NCBI GenBank assembly: GCA_963725865.1
Contig: CAVSAC010000010.1
Span: 1 to 64,000 of the forward strand
Direction: 5' to 3'
DNA length: 64,000 nt
Origin: Candidatus Eiseniibacteriota bacterium
GTDB lineage: Bacteria; Eisenbacteria; RBG-16-71-46
The notes below the pieces were generated by a model, which was not told where the DNA came from, ran no database searches, and saw only the letters and a program-made list of their open reading frames with translations. Position numbers and translations under genes: made by a program. Positions 61,119 to 64,000 of this stretch are shown piece after piece; within the stretch, counting starts at the first letter, position 1; each line of letters opens with the position of its first letter.

Positions 61119-62455
61119 CGCGCTCCCCCCGCGACCGGCGCCTCGACCCGCCCGCCCAGCGCGCGCAGCGTGTCCACGAATCCCGGGTACGAGGTGGCGA
61201 TCGAGCGGGAGTCGTCGAGCGCCACGGGCCCGCCCGCGCGGCAGCCGAGCACCGCGAACGCCATCGCGATGCGATGGTCGCCGCAGGTCTCGATCGCGCC
61301 GCCGTCGACCGCGCCGCCGCGGATCGCGAGGCCGTCGGGCGACTCTTCGCAGCCGACCCCGAGGCGCGCAAGGTTGCGCGCCAGCACCGCCAGCCGATCG
61401 CTCTCCTTGACGCGCAGCTCGGCCGCTCCGCTCAGCCGCGACACGCCGCGCGCCGCGGTCGCGACCACCACCCAGGCGGGCACCTCGTCGAGCAGCCGCG
61501 GCACCCAGCCCGCCGGGACGTCGAACGGCCGCAGCGCGGCGGGGCCCGCGACCGTCACGTCGCCCACGGGCTCGCCCGCCTCGATGCGCTCGTCGGCGAT
61601 CGTGACCGCGACACCCATCTCGCGCAGCACGTCGAGCAGGCCGGTGCGCGATGGATTGAGGCTGACGCGCCGCGCGGTGACCCGCGCGCCCGGAGTCGCG
61701 GCCGCGGCGGCCAGGAAGAACGCCGCGGCCGAGAAATCGCCCGGCACGCGCACCGTGCAGGCGCGCAGACGCGCGGGGCCGTTCAGCGCGACCCGGCGGC
61801 CGCCCCCCGCGACTGGCTCCACCGTCAGCTCCACGCCGAACGCCGGCAGCATGCGTTCGGTGTGGTCGCGCGCCGGACCCGGCAGCGTCACCTGCGTGCG
61901 GCCGGCGGCGCCGAGCCCGGCCAGCAGCACCGCGGTCGCGATCTGGGCACTCGCCACCGGCACGTCGTAGTCGATGCCGCGCAGTCCGCCGCCGCGCACG
62001 GTGAGCGGCGGCGTGCGGTCGCCGTTCGCGGCCTCGCAGATCGCACCCATGCGGCGCAGCGGTTCGATGACGCGCGCGACCGGGCGCCGGTTGAGCGAGG
62101 CGTCGCCCGCGAGCGTCACCGTCACCGGGCGCGCGGCAACCAGCCCCGCGAGCAGGCGCAGCGTGGTCCCCGAGTTGCCGCAGTCGAGCTCGAAGCGTTC
62201 GCCCGCGAAGCGCTCCGGACAGCCCGTGACGAGGTGCACGCCGCCCTCCCGCCGGTGCGTTGCGCCGAGCGCCGCGGCGCAGCGCGCGCTACCGGCGCAG
62301 TCCTCGCCCGGGTTCGCGTCCTCGATCCGCGTCACCCCGTCGGCCAGCAGCCCGAACAGGATCGCGCGGTGGGTGACCGACTTGTCCCCCGGCGGCGCGA
62401 AGCTCCCCGCCAGTGGCGGTCCGGGGGTGACGGTGAACGGGCGCGAGGGCGTCAT
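61115..62455 (-). CDS. aroA: 3-phosphoshikimate 1-carboxyvinyltransferase
   Basis: PGDKSVTHR, DCGNSGTTLR, ASAQ, RDHTERML, ELRVKESDR, DHRIAM. Confidence 0.97.
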   Translation of the reverse strand: MTPSRPFTVTPGPPLAGSFAPPGDKSVTHRAILFGLLADGVTRIEDANPGEDCAGSARCAAALGATHRREGGVHLVTGCPERFAGERFELDCGNSGTTLRLLAGLVAARPVTVTLAGDASLNRRPVARVIEPLRRMGAICEAANGDRTPPLTVRGGGLRGIDYDVPVASAQIATAVLLAGLGAAGRTQVTLPGPARDHTERMLPAFGVELTVEPVAGGGRRVALNGPARLRACTVRVPGDFSAAAFFLAAAAATPGARVTARRVSLNPSRTGLLDVLREMGVAVTIADERIEAGEPVGDVTVAGPAALRPFDVPAGWVPRLLDEVPAWVVVATAARGVSRLSGAAELRVKESDRLAVLARNLARLGVGCEESPDGLAIRGGAVDGGAIETCGDHRIAMAFAVLGCRAGGPVALDDSRSIATSYPGFVDTLRALGGRVEAPVAGGAR

Positions 62456-62531
62456 GGCTGCGAGCGGGAGTCACCCGCGCATCCCGGCGCGGAGACCGCC
62501 CCGGGGCGCGCGGGCGTGCGCGGCGACGGGA

Positions 62532-63035
62532 TCAGTGGACGGTACGACGCCGCGCGGTGGACTTGGCGGCGCGCGCCGCGGTGGTCGGGGCGCGCTTGCG
62601 CGCCGCCCGGCGGGGTGCGGCGACCGCGCCGGCGGCGGCTCGCAGCGACTGGAGGTTGCGCCACGCGACGAAATCCGCGAGCCGGCGACGGAGCTTGTCG
62701 TCGAGTGCGTGGAACATGCACGCGAGATCGTAGTGCCGGTCGGGCTTGCGCGGGCTCGCCGGCTCGCACCGCACGACGATGCCCTCGATCTTGATCAGCT
62801 CCTTCGTGGCTCGCGTTCCGGGCTGCTTGGGCAGCACGATCGTGAGCGCGACCTTCGAGGCCGGCGCGAAGTACTCGGTGCACTGGCAGTAGATCCCGCT
62901 GGCCGAGATGTTCTGGCTCTCCGTGACGATCTGGGAGCCCGCACTCTGCGAATCGTCGACCCGCATGCTCAGTCGGGCGTCGGCACGCGGCGTCCGGCGG
63001 CGTTCGCTGCGACGCGTGGTCCTCTTCTGGGCCAT
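62532..63035 (-). CDS. Single PilZ-domain protein
   Basis: ERRRTPR (RxxxR) and NISASG (N/DxSxxG) c-di-GMP motifs, basic Ala/Arg/Lys tail. Confidence 0.85.
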   Translation of the reverse strand: MAQKRTTRRSERRRTPRADARLSMRVDDSQSAGSQIVTESQNISASGIYCQCTEYFAPASKVALTIVLPKQPGTRATKELIKIEGIVVRCEPASPRKPDRHYDLACMFHALDDKLRRRLADFVAWRNLQSLRAAAGAVAAPRRAARKRAPTTAARAAKSTARRRTVH

Positions 63036-64000
63036 CAACCCCTCCCGTGCCGGCGGCGGCGGTGTCGCCGCTGCGGCTCCTCCAGCGCGAGGTCGCACTC
63101 GCGCGCCGGCACATCGACCCGGGCGATGACCACGTCCACGCGATCGCCGAGAGTGAAGCGGCGACGTGAACGGCGGCCGACCATGCGCACACCCGAGGCA
63201 TCGAGATCGAAGCGATCGTCCAGCCACATCGAGGGGCGGACGAGACCTTCCGCGGGAACATCGTCGAGCTCGACGAAGAACCCGGCAGGGATGAACCCCG
63301 CGATGATACCCGAAGCACGCTCTCCAAGTCTCGTCTCGAGATGGCGCAGCGACTTCACCCGCACGGCCTCGCGTTCGGCGTCGGTCGCGGTCTGCTCGGT
63401 GCCGCTGCAGGCGCGGGCCAGTGCCGCGAGCTCCGACGGGTCGACCGCCTCGTCGCGGCTCCCGTGGATCCACGCGCGCACTCGCCGATGGTTGTGGAGG
63501 TCCGGATAGCGGCGGATCGGCGAGGTGAAGTGGCAGTACTCGCGGGTCGCGAGCCCGAAGTGCCCCGCGTCGCGCTCCAGGTAGCACGCACGCGCGAGCG
63601 TGCGCAGCACGAGCCGGTGCACGAGCCGGCGGTGCGCCGGGTCCAGCGACACCGCGAGCAGGCCCTGCAGCGCGCGCGCCGGGTCCGCGAGCGAGCCCGG
63701 ACGGGGCAGTCCGAGGGCGCGCAGCATGGCGTCCAGCTGCTCGAGCTTGCGGGCGTTGGGGGCGTCGTGGACGCGGTAGAGCAGGCCCGCGCGGCGGCGC
63801 GCGCCCTCTTCGCCCACGCAGCGATTGGCGAGCAGCATGAATTCCTCGATCAGCTCGTGGCTCTCGAGATGCGGGCGCCGCTCGATCCGCACGGGGCGGC
63901 CCTGTTCGTCCACCCACGCCTTGATCTCGGGCACCTCGAGCGCGAGTGCCCCCGCCCGCAGCCGCCGCTCGCGCAGCGCGCGCGCCAGCGCTCGCAGGGT
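63035..64000 (-). CDS. rnr: Ribonuclease R (RNB + S1), 5' part outside the window
   Basis: SHELIEEFMLLAN, YRVH, GHFGLA, HFTSPIRRYPDL, C-terminal S1 domain. Confidence 0.93.
   Translation of the reverse strand, partial: TLRALARALRERRLRAGALALEVPEIKAWVDEQGRPVRIERRPHLESHELIEEFMLLANRCVGEEGARRRAGLLYRVHDAPNARKLEQLDAMLRALGLPRPGSLADPARALQGLLAVSLDPAHRRLVHRLVLRTLARACYLERDAGHFGLATREYCHFTSPIRRYPDLHNHRRVRAWIHGSRDEAVDPSELAALARACSGTEQTATDAEREAVRVKSLRHLETRLGERASGIIAGFIPAGFFVELDDVPAEGLVRPSMWLDDRFDLDASGVRMVGRRSRRRFTLGDRVDVVIARVDVPARECDLALEEPQRRHRRRRHGRG

Overview
The window joins two unrelated DNA segments at about position 17,208. Segment 1 (1 to ~17,207) has moderately high GC and looks alphaproteobacterial (Hyphomicrobiales-like, inferred). 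It carries an ABC-F ATPase, a DUF853/HerA-like ATPase, the methylmalonyl-CoA mutase cluster (small and large subunits plus meaB, interrupted by a SulP-STAS-cNMP gene and an orphan higA with a higB remnant), pcp, a TAT beta-helix protein, asparaginase, Lrp, ELM1, trxB and a cut-off creA. Segment 2 (~17,208 to 64,000) is much more GC-rich and resembles Candidatus Eisenbacteria or a related lineage (inferred). It is mostly core genes: rnr, aroA, cmk, plsC, rpsA, mutS, mutL, miaA, der, plsY, gpsA, surE, pcm, an rpoS-like sigma factor, apt, dut and three tRNAs. The most unusual element is a ~1.8 kb insert between a YkgJ-family gene and mutS. It encodes a frameshifted multidomain HNH endonuclease whose own coding linker holds four 20-bp units at an exact 36-bp period (two perfect palindromes, one partial, one degenerate), and its flanks are hairpin-rich. 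Other highlights are a secreted SpoIVB/S55 protease with circularly permuted catalytic halves coupled to a large beta-propeller protein, a Rossmann-GAF-degenerate GGDEF-like orphan, a ~1000-aa multi-repeat foldase, and several apparently leaderless genes. All calls come from reading motifs by eye; no database searches were run.
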